A stretch of DNA of 64,000 nt from Gemmatimonadales bacterium (GCA_965249575.1 OZ252244.1:3264001-3328000), one strand, 5' to 3'. Shown: positions 51,004 through 61,416, counted from the stretch's first letter. Notes: a model not told the origin generated them from the letters alone. Numbers and translations: made by a program.

Positions 51004-54000
51004 ATGGGCGGCTTGGGGGGTGACGAACCAGGCGCCACTGCCGTCGAGCGCGCGAAACAGATCTTTCGCTTTCTCAAAGCGTTTGCCGAGAGGAACGTGC
51101 CCGTCAGGCGCCGGCTCTCGGACCATCATTGGACGCAGTGGCTCCGGGAGTTGCCGGACCACCCGTGCATTGTCATAGGTGAAGTGCAGTTGGCAGCCGG
51201 TGGAGAGGTCGGCGCGGCAATCGACGGTTCCGGCGACCAGTCGCTCATCACTATACGGCGGCCGAACACGACGCAGGCGCCGGCTCCGCCGGACATCATC
51301 CTCGATTTCCTGCAGCAGGGTTGGCGCGATCCCGACAAGGGCATCGAAGTCCTCATGGCGCGCAACGTCGTCCGAGACGGGCAGACCGTGAGTGACGAGT
51401 TCGACGCGGACGTGCGTCGCGTGCAGGCCCTGGAGCGCTGGCGCGTGTCCTGGAACGCTTGGGCTGTGGTCGAGCGCCCAGCTCGCCGTGCGATGCATGC
51501 CTTTGAGCGGGTCTATGAGTTGAAGGGACGGATTGATCGAGAGAGCGAGCGGGTGGAGTTGATGTTGGGCGACGGACGCTTGCGGTGGAGTAACTCCTCG
51601 GGAGCCGTGGACCATCCCGTCCTGCTTCAGCGTGTCGAACTGGTGTTTGATCCAAACGTCCCCGAGTTTCGAATCGTCGACACTGATCGCGAACCCGAGC
51701 TTTACGGGGCGATTCTCCAGGGTGGTGATTCGCTCTCAGCCCAGCATCTCAACACGCTTCGCTCGGAGCTTGAAAGCGGAGGCTACCATCCGCTCGCACA
51801 GGATGGCACCAACGCCTTCCTGAGGCGCCTCGTGCAGATGCTTGCGCCGAACGGTGCCTTCGACGCCAGTGCGACCGATCGCGCTATCAGCGAACACCCG
51901 GTCATCTCGCGCGATGCCGTCCTCTTTCTGCGCGATCGCTCGTCGGGCTTCCCCGCCGCCTTCGATCGGGTGCTGGAAGATCTGGAACGCCGCGGCGACG
52001 TGCCCGTCTCGCTCACTCGGCTGGCAGGCATCGAGCCGCCCGTTTCCGGCGAGCCCGAAGTGGGGGAGTGGTCACCTTGGGGCGAACCACCCGACATTCT
52101 GCTGAGCAAGCACACAAACGAAGAGCAAATTCAGATTGCACGCGCCCTTGAACGCCACAATGCAGTCATCGTTCAGGGTCCGCCCGGTACTGGTAAAAGC
52201 CACACCATCGCCAATCTGATCGGGCACCTCGTCGCACACGGAAGACGGGTGCTCGTCACCAGCCACACGACCAAGGCCTTGAGGGTACTGCGAGGCCACA
52301 TCGTCGAGACCCTGCGGCCACTCTGTGTCGCTTTGCTGGACAACGACCTGGAGGGACGCACGCAGATGGAAGAGGCCGTGAGGGGGATATTGGCCCGACT
52401 GGACGCATCCGACCCCGCGACGCTTGAAGCAGGGGTGGCGGAGTGCGCGGTACAGCGCACGACCCTCAACGCCAACATCGCGAAAATCACGCAGGACCTA
52501 CAAACCGCACGGGAGGCGGAGTACATGCCGCTCCTCCTCGGCGGCGAATCGATCCTTCCCTCAGAAGCCGCTCGTTGGACGAAGGGCAATGAGGACGGGA
52601 ACCGTTGGATCCCCGGCCCAGTGGAGCCCGGAGCGCCGCTCCCGCTGTCGAGCGCACAGCTGTCTGAGCTCTACGAGACGAATGGACAGCTCAGTCATGA
52701 TGAGGAAGAAGAGCTTCGACAGGGCGTGCCTCCAATCGAGGCGATCCAGACCGCCGAGGTATTTGCCGCTATGGTGGAAGCACTCGATGCATCGGAGCCC
52801 CCCGAGTTGGCCACGTTCTGGGAGCGACCGGCACTCGAGAGCGAATTACCGCTCTTGCAGCGGCTGCGCCACCTCGTGGCCGCTGCGGTGCAGGACTTGG
52901 GGCAGGTCGAGCAGTGGCAGCGCGCCGTCATTGCCGCCGGGCACGCTGGCGGTAATGATGCAACTCTGTGGAGGCAGCTGGGCACTGCCGTGAACGACGC
53001 GGAAGCGCGGCTACAACGCGCCAGGCCGGCGTTCATTGAATGTGCCCCCCAGCTTCCGGCGGGGATGCTGCCGGAGGATGCCGCGCGGCTTGCGCGAGAA
53101 GTCGAGGGCCATCTGGTGCAGGGCGGATCCCTGAGCGTCCTGGGCCTGCTTTTTCAGGCCAAGTGGCGAGCCTTTCTGCGTGCCGCACGATGCAATGGCC
53201 ACGCTCCGAGTACGATCGCAGAAGTCCGCGCGCTGCGATCTCGCGCCGAGCTGGATGAGGCCCGCGCGAGGCTAGGGGTGCGATGGAAGAGACAGGCCGA
53301 GCCGGTCGGTTTGCCCGCCTTCCGATCGCTTGGCGACGAACCCGAGCCGAAGCTAAAGGGGTACGCGAACCAGCTGGGGGAACTGCTCGCTTGGTGGCAC
53401 GACCGCTGGTCGGGGATCTGGACTGCGGCGACGAGCGCCGGGTTCCGTTGGGAGGCGTTTCGCAATCAGGAGGTGGCCCGTTCTGAACCGGCGACTCCGT
53501 TCGAATGCGATGCCGCCATTCTACGCAAGTCTCTTCCCAACGCCCTCGCGCTTCGTCTCGCGACGGCCCAGCGCGCGGCCGCCGAGCGTCTGCTGCATGA
53601 ACTCGAAACGATGCTTGCTCCCTATCGAGGGACCCGGAGCAGAGCCGTTCACGCCGCTGTCCAGACTAGGGACTGCGCGGCGTATGCTCTGGCCCGCGAC
53701 GATGTGCGTGTGTTGCTCGACAAGGCCGATATCACCACTCGGCGCGAAGCCCTTCTCGGCAAGCTCCGACCGGCCGCACCGGAATGGGCCGGCGCAGTCC
53801 TCCGGCGCCGGCAACCGCACGGTGAAAGGAAACTCCCCGGCGACGCGACGACCGCGTGGCGGTGGCGACAACTGCATCAAGAAGTGGAGCGGCGCGCAGC
53901 GCTCAACGAGGTCGAGCTGACACGACAGCTGCACCAGTGCCGAACGGAGCTTCGCGGAGCTACCGCGAAGCTGATCGATCGTCGCGCATGGCTCGGCCAG

Positions 54001-55530
54001 ATCCGGCGCATCGATCTCCCCGCGCGTCAAGCGCTACAGGGGTGGGCACAGACCCAAAGGCGAATTGGTCGGGGAACGGGTCGGCGCGCGCCGGCACTGA
54101 AGGTCGAGGCGCGAAAGCTGCTTGCTCGGGCACGTGATGCCGTACCGGTGTGGATTATGCCCCTGGCGCGCGTTGCCGAGAGCTTCGATGCGACGAAGGG
54201 AAAGTTTGACGTCGTCATCGTCGATGAGGCAAGCCAATCCGACGTGACGGGTCTGCTCGCCTGGTATCTGGGCGAGCGCGTCCTTATCGTCGGTGACCAC
54301 GAGCAGGTTAGTCCACTCGGAGTCGGACAGCAAATCGCCGCGATGATGGATCTGATCGCAGAGCATCTTACAGGTGTACCGAACAATCACCTCTACGATG
54401 GCCAATTGTCGATCTACGATCTCGCCAGACAATCCTTCGGAGGTACGATCGCACTACGCGAGCACTTCAGGTGCGTTCCTGATATCATAGACTTCTCGAA
54501 CTTCCTGTGCTATAACGGCGAAATTCGCCCGCTGCGAGATCCGACTCATGTCCCACGTCCACACGTGGTGGAGTACGTCGTCACTGGCGAAATCGAGACC
54601 GCCCGCGACAAGCGCAACGTCAGGGAGGCGCAGACTCTCGTCGCTATCATGCAGGCGCTTTCCGAGCTGCCGGAGAACAGGGATCGAACAATGGGAGCGA
54701 TCTCGCTCGTCGGCGACGAGCAGGCGGGTCTGATCCAGGATTTGGCGCTACAGGTCTCGGGCGCGGTTGAGCTGGAGCGACGGCGGTTTGCGGCTGGTAA
54801 CGCCGCGCAGTTTCAGGGAGACGAGCGTGACATCATGTTGCTTTCCATGGTGGACATGCCATCCGGAGCGGCACTGCCGCTGCGACAGGCCGATCTGTTC
54901 AAACAGCGCTTCAACGTCGCGGCGAGCCGGGCGAGGGACCAATTGTGGCTGATCCATTCGCTCGACCCGAATCGCGATCTACAGGCTGCCGATCTCCGCA
55001 GACGGCTGATCGAACACGTTCGCGATCCGACAGCCAGGCGCGATGAGATACAGCGTGCACAATCACGTGCGGAATCTCCCTTTGAGCGAAGCATGCTCCA
55101 GCGGCTGATTTCTGCGGGCTACCAGGTCGATCCCCAGGTATGGGTCGGCCAGTATCGGATCGACATCGTTGTGTCCGACGCCAATGGTCAGGTTGCACTC
55201 GAGTGCGATGGTGATCGCTTTCATGGCATCGACCAGTTGCCCGCGGACATGGCGCGTCAAGCTGTTCTCGAGCGTGCGGACTGGCGATTCATTCGCGTGC
55301 GAGGAACGCGCTACTATCGCGATCAGGAAGAGACCATGAAGTGGGTTTTTGAGGAGCTCTCGCGTTTGGGTGTGCGGCCGGTCTTAGGTGGGGCCGAACC
55401 CGGGGCTTCCACCATCGCCAGTGCGCACGCCGAATTCCGCAACACCATCGTACGCCGTGCGTGGGAAATCATGCGTGACCACGGTTGGGTTGATTCGACT
55501 CAAGCGGCGACCCTCGATTCTCACATGTAG
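51004..55530 (+). CDS. large SF1 (UPF1/DNA2-like) helicase with C-terminal Vsr/DUF559-like nuclease domain
   Basis: QGPPGTGKS, IVDEASQ, GDHEQ, EHFRC, FQGDERD, NVAASRAR; ESPFE..YRIDIV..ECDG..FH..RQAVLERADW. Confidence 0.88.
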   Translation: MGGLGGDEPGATAVERAKQIFRFLKAFAERNVPVRRRLSDHHWTQWLRELPDHPCIVIGEVQLAAGGEVGAAIDGSGDQSLITIRRPNTTQAPAPPDIILDFLQQGWRDPDKGIEVLMARNVVRDGQTVSDEFDADVRRVQALERWRVSWNAWAVVERPARRAMHAFERVYELKGRIDRESERVELMLGDGRLRWSNSSGAVDHPVLLQRVELVFDPNVPEFRIVDTDREPELYGAILQGGDSLSAQHLNTLRSELESGGYHPLAQDGTNAFLRRLVQMLAPNGAFDASATDRAISEHPVISRDAVLFLRDRSSGFPAAFDRVLEDLERRGDVPVSLTRLAGIEPPVSGEPEVGEWSPWGEPPDILLSKHTNEEQIQIARALERHNAVIVQGPPGTGKSHTIANLIGHLVAHGRRVLVTSHTTKALRVLRGHIVETLRPLCVALLDNDLEGRTQMEEAVRGILARLDASDPATLEAGVAECAVQRTTLNANIAKITQDLQTAREAEYMPLLLGGESILPSEAARWTKGNEDGNRWIPGPVEPGAPLPLSSAQLSELYETNGQLSHDEEEELRQGVPPIEAIQTAEVFAAMVEALDASEPPELATFWERPALESELPLLQRLRHLVAAAVQDLGQVEQWQRAVIAAGHAGGNDATLWRQLGTAVNDAEARLQRARPAFIECAPQLPAGMLPEDAARLAREVEGHLVQGGSLSVLGLLFQAKWRAFLRAARCNGHAPSTIAEVRALRSRAELDEARARLGVRWKRQAEPVGLPAFRSLGDEPEPKLKGYANQLGELLAWWHDRWSGIWTAATSAGFRWEAFRNQEVARSEPATPFECDAAILRKSLPNALALRLATAQRAAAERLLHELETMLAPYRGTRSRAVHAAVQTRDCAAYALARDDVRVLLDKADITTRREALLGKLRPAAPEWAGAVLRRRQPHGERKLPGDATTAWRWRQLHQEVERRAALNEVELTRQLHQCRTELRGATAKLIDRRAWLGQIRRIDLPARQALQGWAQTQRRIGRGTGRRAPALKVEARKLLARARDAVPVWIMPLARVAESFDATKGKFDVVIVDEASQSDVTGLLAWYLGERVLIVGDHEQVSPLGVGQQIAAMMDLIAEHLTGVPNNHLYDGQLSIYDLARQSFGGTIALREHFRCVPDIIDFSNFLCYNGEIRPLRDPTHVPRPHVVEYVVTGEIETARDKRNVREAQTLVAIMQALSELPENRDRTMGAISLVGDEQAGLIQDLALQVSGAVELERRRFAAGNAAQFQGDERDIMLLSMVDMPSGAALPLRQADLFKQRFNVAASRARDQLWLIHSLDPNRDLQAADLRRRLIEHVRDPTARRDEIQRAQSRAESPFERSMLQRLISAGYQVDPQVWVGQYRIDIVVSDANGQVALECDGDRFHGIDQLPADMARQAVLERADWRFIRVRGTRYYRDQEETMKWVFEELSRLGVRPVLGGAEPGASTIASAHAEFRNTIVRRAWEIMRDHGWVDSTQAATLDSHM

Positions 55531-56064
55531 ATGGCTGGTCCCAAAGATCCGTTGCTCGACGACTCACCCGACTTGACGCGACAGCGCCAAGAGCTAGTGC
55601 GGTGGTTCAACGATCGGGCTCCGTCGTTCACAGCGGGTTATGTGGCCGCCGTCCGCCTCCTCCACGTTCCTTCATTCCCCGCGCGTGTGCATGTCATCTG
55701 TCACTTGGTGAGGGATATCTACCAGTTCCTTCCGGCTACGCTCGGTGTGAAACGGCCGCCCCGAGCCGCCGACGTATTTCCGCCATTGGTGGCGGAGTTG
55801 GTGGGAGCGTGGTACAGATTCCCGCTGAGTGAGAAGGTCAGCCGCAGCGCAATCGATACTGGCATCGCTGTAAGCAGCCAGGTGCATCGTAGATTGCTCA
55901 AGATTGTAGAGCGGAGCAGGCGAATGAGAAAGCAACCCAGCATTGGTAGTCGTCCGATGCAGGCTTCGGGTCCTGGGATGCCCGAGTCACTCGATGATCG
56001 CCGGAGATCTACCGTGCGTCGTGTTTGGGCCGATAAGTTCGATCTATCTGCAGTCTTTCATTGA
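55531..56064 (+). CDS. hypothetical protein, probably 3'-truncated
   Basis: Starts immediately after the helicase stop. Confidence 0.4.
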   Translation: MAGPKDPLLDDSPDLTRQRQELVRWFNDRAPSFTAGYVAAVRLLHVPSFPARVHVICHLVRDIYQFLPATLGVKRPPRAADVFPPLVAELVGAWYRFPLSEKVSRSAIDTGIAVSSQVHRRLLKIVERSRRMRKQPSIGSRPMQASGPGMPESLDDRRRSTVRRVWADKFDLSAVFH

Positions 56065-56156
56065 CCAGCAGAGCTGGAGGTGTGGGAGCCGGTCCGGAAA
56101 TGCTCAGCGATTCCGGGCGTGCAATTGCCGTCCGGACCAACTGTGAGGATGGAACG

Positions 56157-56537
56157 ATGGAAGCTTCGATCGAAGCGTTCGCCGCGATCAACTTCATCAT
56201 CATGGGCGTCTCGCATCTGACGCAGCCGCGTGCCTGGGTCGCGTTCTTCGCGCTGCTCAGGAGCAAAGGCGAGGCCGGCGCCTTCGTCAACGGATTCATC
56301 ACGCTGGGGATGGGCTCGATCATCGTAGCGTTTCACAACGTCTGGAGCGGGATCCCGGTGGTGCTCACCGTGCTCGGCTGGCTGTTCGTGCTCAAGAGCC
56401 TGGTGATCTTCGTGATCCCCGGTGCCGGACTGAAGAGCCTCGGCGCCGCGGAAGCGGGAAGGAAGGTCTTCGTCGTCCCTGGCGCGTTTCTGACGCTCGT
56501 CGGGGGGCTGCTAGTCTACTCCTTGTTGAGTGGTTGA
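56157..56537 (+). CDS. small 4-TM membrane protein
   Basis: Hydrophobic, HNVWSGIPVVLTVLGW. Confidence 0.7.
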   Translation: MEASIEAFAAINFIIMGVSHLTQPRAWVAFFALLRSKGEAGAFVNGFITLGMGSIIVAFHNVWSGIPVVLTVLGWLFVLKSLVIFVIPGAGLKSLGAAEAGRKVFVVPGAFLTLVGGLLVYSLLSG

Positions 56538-56637
56538 TGAGGCACCCACGATAGCGAGCAGTAGGGCGGTGGCAGTCCAGGTTCCTGCTCCAGGCGGCTG
56601 CTGTGAAGCCGTCTGGATCAGGATATCACAAATCCTA

Positions 56638-56809
56638 GTGTGCCAATTGTGTGCCAACTGAGCCAAACACACCCAAACTCAGCCGCACTGAGAGAAAGAG
56701 CACGGCTTCGTAAGCCCTAACGCAGCAATACCTAACACACCTCAGCGATACGCAACCAAACTCAGCCAAAGTCGCTGAAACTAAATGGGGTTCAGGGGGT
56801 CACGGGTTC
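56638..56809 (+). repeat. att-like site 4: GTGTGCCAA pair plus truncated tRNA-Pro core
   Basis: Diverged copy of 34051-34221; core stops within the T arm. Confidence 0.8.
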
Positions 56810-57009
56810 CCATGACCGGCGCCCTAGTGTCGAAGCGATCTCTCGGTCTCCAAGGTCGTTGGGCGACCGATTGCCGCGTGTACCGGTCCAGGATTTGTCA
56901 CAAGAATTGTACAGCGCCCACGAGCGCTGGTGAGCGCCCACGAGCGTTCAAACGCCGTTTTCGGGACAAAACTACTGCTGGTGAGCGCCCACGCGCGCTC
57001 GTGAGCGGC

Positions 57010-57051
57010 CTCATAATCCGTCGGTCGTAGGTTCAAGTCCTACAGGGCCCA
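57010..57051 (+). repeat. 3' half of the tRNA(CAT) gene (attR-like)
   Basis: CTCATAATCCGTCGGTCGTAGGTTCAAGTCCTACAGGGCCCA, 1 mismatch to 29773-29814. Confidence 0.9.
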
Positions 57052-57054
57052 TTC

Positions 57055-57077
57055 AAGCGGCGCGAACGCGCCGCTTT
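57055..57077 (+). terminator. intrinsic terminator-like hairpin
   Basis: AAGCGGCGCG-AA-CGCGCCGCTTT. Confidence 0.55.
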
Positions 57078-57345
57078 GTCGTGGGCGCTGTCGCCTTGCG
57101 CACACCGCTCCGCAGCGCGTCGCGGTGTTTGTGGTTCGCGCGGTATTCCGCGGGCCATCCGGTGGCAACTGCTCAGCTGCAGCGCCTTGTTGGGCGGCGC
57201 GCCTCCCGGCCTCGCGCATCGACTACCGGGTAACCGTGATGTCGAAGTGCAGGAATCCCCCGCGCGTCCCGTGCTTCGTGTAGAGCGCGATAGCAGGCCC
57301 ATCGCCAAGATCCGCCTGCACGGAGATCACGTAGGCCCCGTCACC

Positions 57346-59102
57346 ATCCACGCACCTCGCAACCACCCCGGTGACGGAGGTGACGGAGGTGACGGAGGTG
57401 ACGGAGGTGACGGAGGTGACGGAGGTGACGGGTTTTCCGGGTTCCGTGTGGCTCAGAACGAACAGGTGACGTAGGTCGGGAGGTCGGGACTAGAGACCCG
57501 GGAACAGATCCCGATCCGGCCACGTCGTGATGGACTCCGCCGCACGGCGAAGTGCTGGGAGCATCCGCTCGGCGTCTTCTCGGCTACCGGCATTTCCATT
57601 GAGCAGGAGCGCAAACTGCGTTCGGCCGGCACAAGCCAGTAACGCGGTCGTCCCGGGGAGATCACCCCGGTGGTACCATGCGGGGCCATCCTTTCCGCGG
57701 TCGACCACCCATCCCATCGCATAGTACTCGGAGTCGGGATTCGCTGTCTCGTGTGGCGACGTCATCGCCTGCACGGTTTCCGCCTTCAGAAGGTCGGGCC
57801 TAGTCGGATTGAGGTCGATGGCGGTGAGGAAGCGCAGGAGATCCGGCGCCGAAGCCAACCAGCCTCCGTGAGCATCCATCGCCTCGATCGAGAACCCGCC
57901 GTACGGGACGGGTACGGTATCCTCCGTACCAGGGAAGACGGTGCGGACTCGGCGGTCATCGTGGTACCGGACCTCGGCCTCAGCCCGATGCCTCAAGAGG
58001 CTCCGCGCCAGCCGCATGCGAACTGCGCCCGACGGCTCCAACACCGCACGGCGGACGTAGTCTTCGTACCGCTCACCTGTTGCCGCCTCGATGATACGCC
58101 CGAGCACTGCGTAGCCAAAATTGGAATACGCCTGTCGGGTGCCGGGATAGAAGTCGAGTCGCCGTTCTAGCATGTACCGGATGATCGTTTCAACTGAGAT
58201 CGGCGGTCGCTCCCTCATCGCCGCCGAGATCCTTCCGGGAGCGAGCATCGGGTCGAACCCGCTCTGCTGCCGGTCCCACCCACCAGCGTGGTACAAGAGA
58301 TCGCCGACGGTGACGTCACGTATACGCGGATCGAAACTCGTCCCGACCGGCGGCCGCGCGATCAGATCAAGCATACGATCGTCCAGTGAAAGCCGGCCTT
58401 CGTCGACCAGTCTCAATACGGCCGCGGCGGTGACCGGCTTTGAGACACTGGCGATGCGAAAGAGGGCTGTTGGTTGAACGTGATCGCCAGACGCGCGATC
58501 GGCGTACCCATAGCCACGGGCAAAGACAAGCCGACCATCCCGGGCTACCGCCATGGCCGCACCGGGCGCACCCGTTTGCCTCAGAATCGAGTGGACGACG
58601 AGGTCGAGTGCTTGGAGTTCAGGGGGAAGGGTGCCGGACGTCGGTACGTACTTCTGCGCTCCAACCGATTGCGTGCGCGCGACGGCGTCCCGCTGATCGC
58701 CAGCAACACCCAGACAACCGGCAGAGCCCGCCGCGTGGCCGCCACAGTAGCCGCTTACCGCCGGACCAGGTTGCTCAACTTGACGAAAACCCCGTCGTTG
58801 GTGCGCTGCACATCGTTGAGATGCGCTGCACATCGTTGAATTGAAGGGCGTTGGTCCCAGATATCGGCCTCCACTTGGGAGAAGTCGGGATGGACCATCA
58901 CCCGCCCCGCAATATAGCCCCCCACCACCGGGATTGTCGCGCGCCCGAGGACACAGCACCCGTGTATTCGGGAGCGACACAGGCCGGGGCGGTGACGCTG
59001 GGGACGCTTTTGATCTCCAGATCCCGATGACACCATCGACGCACTTCGCGAACACCAAACCACCCCGGTGACTGAGGTGACGGCTTTCCGGGGTTACGCG
59101 TG
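57346..59102. repeat. ~1.75 kb duplicated cassette, copy B
   Basis: Near-identical to 39623-41372, with one more GGTGACGGA unit. Confidence 0.95.
57490..58745 (-). pseudogene. serine hydrolase copy B, 1-bp deletion in the signal-peptide region (~58686)
   Basis: Mature protein identical to copy A; gacggcgtcc vs gacggctgtcc. Confidence 0.75.
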
Positions 59103-59222
59103 CTCGGAAAGGCAGCTCGGGAGGTCGGGAGGCACCTGATCCCAGGCAGCGGGTGTGTCCGCCACGCGCCATTCGTACGGTGCAGCAGCAGCTCGGGCAC
59201 CGGGATCTGCGGACTACGATGA

Positions 59223-59690
59223 TCTAATTCGTCGAAACCCAAGTACTATTCCCTTTTTATCTCGTATGGACGTACCGACGAACCATTTGCCGATAGGCTC
59301 TCTCGTTCATTAGAGCAAAAGGGTGTGGACACTTTCTTCTTCCCCGTGCACGCCATGGTTGGAGAACGCCTCCATCGAGTTATGCGGGTGGGCGTGAACG
59401 ATTATGATCGCGTCATCCTCATCTGTTCTCAGGAATCACTAGGCCGGAGTGGGGTATTGAATGAAATCGAGGAGGCATTGACACGGGAGGCCCGCGAGGG
59501 TGGTCGTCAGGTTCTCATGCCTATCCGTTTGGACGACTACGTGTTCGATGGTTGGGCTCCTGACAGAGTTGACGTGAAGCAAGCGGTTTGCGACCGAGTC
59601 ATCGCCGATTTCACGAAGGCCAGAAGTAGCGATAAGGCGTTTCGATCAGCGCTGCGCACCCTGCTCAAAGGGCTCGAAAGGAACCTGTAA
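59223..59690 (+). pseudogene. TIR domain (C-terminal fragment, no start codon)
   Basis: YYSLFISYGRTDEPFADRL..ILICSQESL..VLNEIEEAL..PIRLDD; in-frame TGA at 59220. Confidence 0.75.
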
Positions 59691-60258
59691 CGCTCAACGA
59701 GCCGGCTGTCTCGTTGCCCCCCCTCGGGGGGCCCCCGCCAGGGTCGAGCGAGCCCCACGACAACCGTGCGGAAATCCCCGCCCGTGCTTACCGACCACCG
59801 ATGCTCGACCCAGACCCGTTGCCGCCCGGTACCGAGGTTACGGCGGATGCCGCGGATAGGATGCTGCTGTGGAACACGACGGAACCTGCGGTCCCCCCCG
59901 AACGGATCCACCGAACCGCCTGCCCGACGCCCACCGGCCGAAAGTACGACGACGACATCGGACGATTGGCGGGCTCAGATCCGACCGTTCTACCGATGCG
60001 CTGAACCATGGCAGTCGTTATCATCGCGCCATGGCAGACCAAAGTGCAATAACCTCACATTCCCCGTTCCCGCCGTTGGCACGACGCGGCCGGCGGAGGG
60101 ATGATCTGAACAACGAACGGACGATCGACGTGAACTCCTCCGCCAGAGGGGACGGGCGCGTGATCGCCCTGTTGATCGTGCACACTGACCGCCGAAACGT
60201 CCGGCTCCGAATGCATAAATCACCCCGGTCGCGTCATTCGGCAGGCTAAGGAGGCGCA

Positions 60259-61416
60259 ATGAAGGCCATTGTCCAGAAAAAATACGGAGCGCCGGAGCAG
60301 GTGCTCAAGCTGGAAGAAGTCGACCGCCCCTCGGTCGGCGACGACGATGTTCTCATTCGGGTGCGGGCCACCGGCGTGAATACTCCGGACTGGATCACGG
60401 TGACTGGAGTGCCCTACGTTATCCGACTGCAATTTGGGCTCCGACGGCCGCCGACCCCGGTGCGGGGCACCGATATCGCCGGGGTCGTGGAGGCCGTCGG
60501 TAAGAATGTGACCGACCTCGAACCCGGTGACGAGGTGTTCGGGTCATCGTGGGCCGACACCCTTGCCACGCCCGGCACGTTCGCGGAGTTCACCGTGGCT
60601 CCCGCGTCCAATCTCATCGAAAAGCCGGCCAGGCTCACCTTCGAGGAGGCGGCAGCATCTGTCATGTCGGGCCTGACCGCGCTGATCGCCATGCGCGATG
60701 TTGGGAAGGTCGGACCGGGAACCCGGGTCCTGATCAACGGCGCGTCGGGGGGTGTCGGAACGTTTGCGGTGCAGATCGCTAAGGCGCTCGGTGCGGAGGT
60801 GACCGGCGTCTGCAGCACTCGAAACCTCGAGTTGGTCCGGTCCCTCGGCGCGGCTCACGTCGTCGACTACGCGGAGGAGGACTTCACCCGTGGCGAAGAG
60901 CGCTACGACGTCATCCTCGATAACGTGATGAACCACCCGCCCTCCGCGACGGCCCGGGTGCTAGCCCCCACCGGGATGTTCATTCCCAATAGCGTGGGGA
61001 ACACAGGGAACGTTTGCGCGGGCCTGCCGAGGATGGCGCGGGCGGCCGTGATGGGGCTGGGCTCGACCGAGGTGCAGTTCGTCAAGAACTGGGTGGTGAA
61101 CCGCGACAACCTCGCTGCCCTCTCGGCATTCCTCGAGTCCGGCGACGTCAAGGATGCCGGGACGGCGTATGAGATTCTCTCGATTGACATCGCCGACGTG
61201 GATATTGGGAGGAACATCGGGGCGGAGCTGCAAACCGACCAGGCCGAGGCCGACAAGCGCATTGCGCAAGCCAAAGCCGAGGAGCGCCGGGCCATGGCCG
61301 TCGCGGCGGAACAGGAGATGACCGCCCGGGTGCAGGAGATGAAGGCGAGGGTGGTCGAGGCAGAGGCAGCCGTTCCCCTGGCCCTGGCGGAGGCGTTCCG
61401 GAAGGGGCACCTATAG
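60259..61416 (+). CDS. chimeric ORF: MDR alcohol dehydrogenase (3'-truncated) fused in frame to a flotillin-like FloA/YqfA fragment
   Basis: [25 protein letters not shown] | [34 protein letters not shown]. Confidence 0.8.
   Translation: MKAIVQKKYGAPEQVLKLEEVDRPSVGDDDVLIRVRATGVNTPDWITVTGVPYVIRLQFGLRRPPTPVRGTDIAGVVEAVGKNVTDLEPGDEVFGSSWADTLATPGTFAEFTVAPASNLIEKPARLTFEEAAASVMSGLTALIAMRDVGKVGPGTRVLINGASGGVGTFAVQIAKALGAEVTGVCSTRNLELVRSLGAAHVVDYAEEDFTRGEERYDVILDNVMNHPPSATARVLAPTGMFIPNSVGNTGNVCAGLPRMARAAVMGLGSTEVQFVKNWVVNRDNLAALSAFLESGDVKDAGTAYEILSIDIADVDIGRNIGAELQTDQAEADKRIAQAKAEERRAMAVAAEQEMTARVQEMKARVVEAEAAVPLALAEAFRKGHL

Noticed and set aside
57490..59172. 560-aa ORF as a distinct long protein
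   Set aside because: Artefact of the 1-bp deletion relative to copy A
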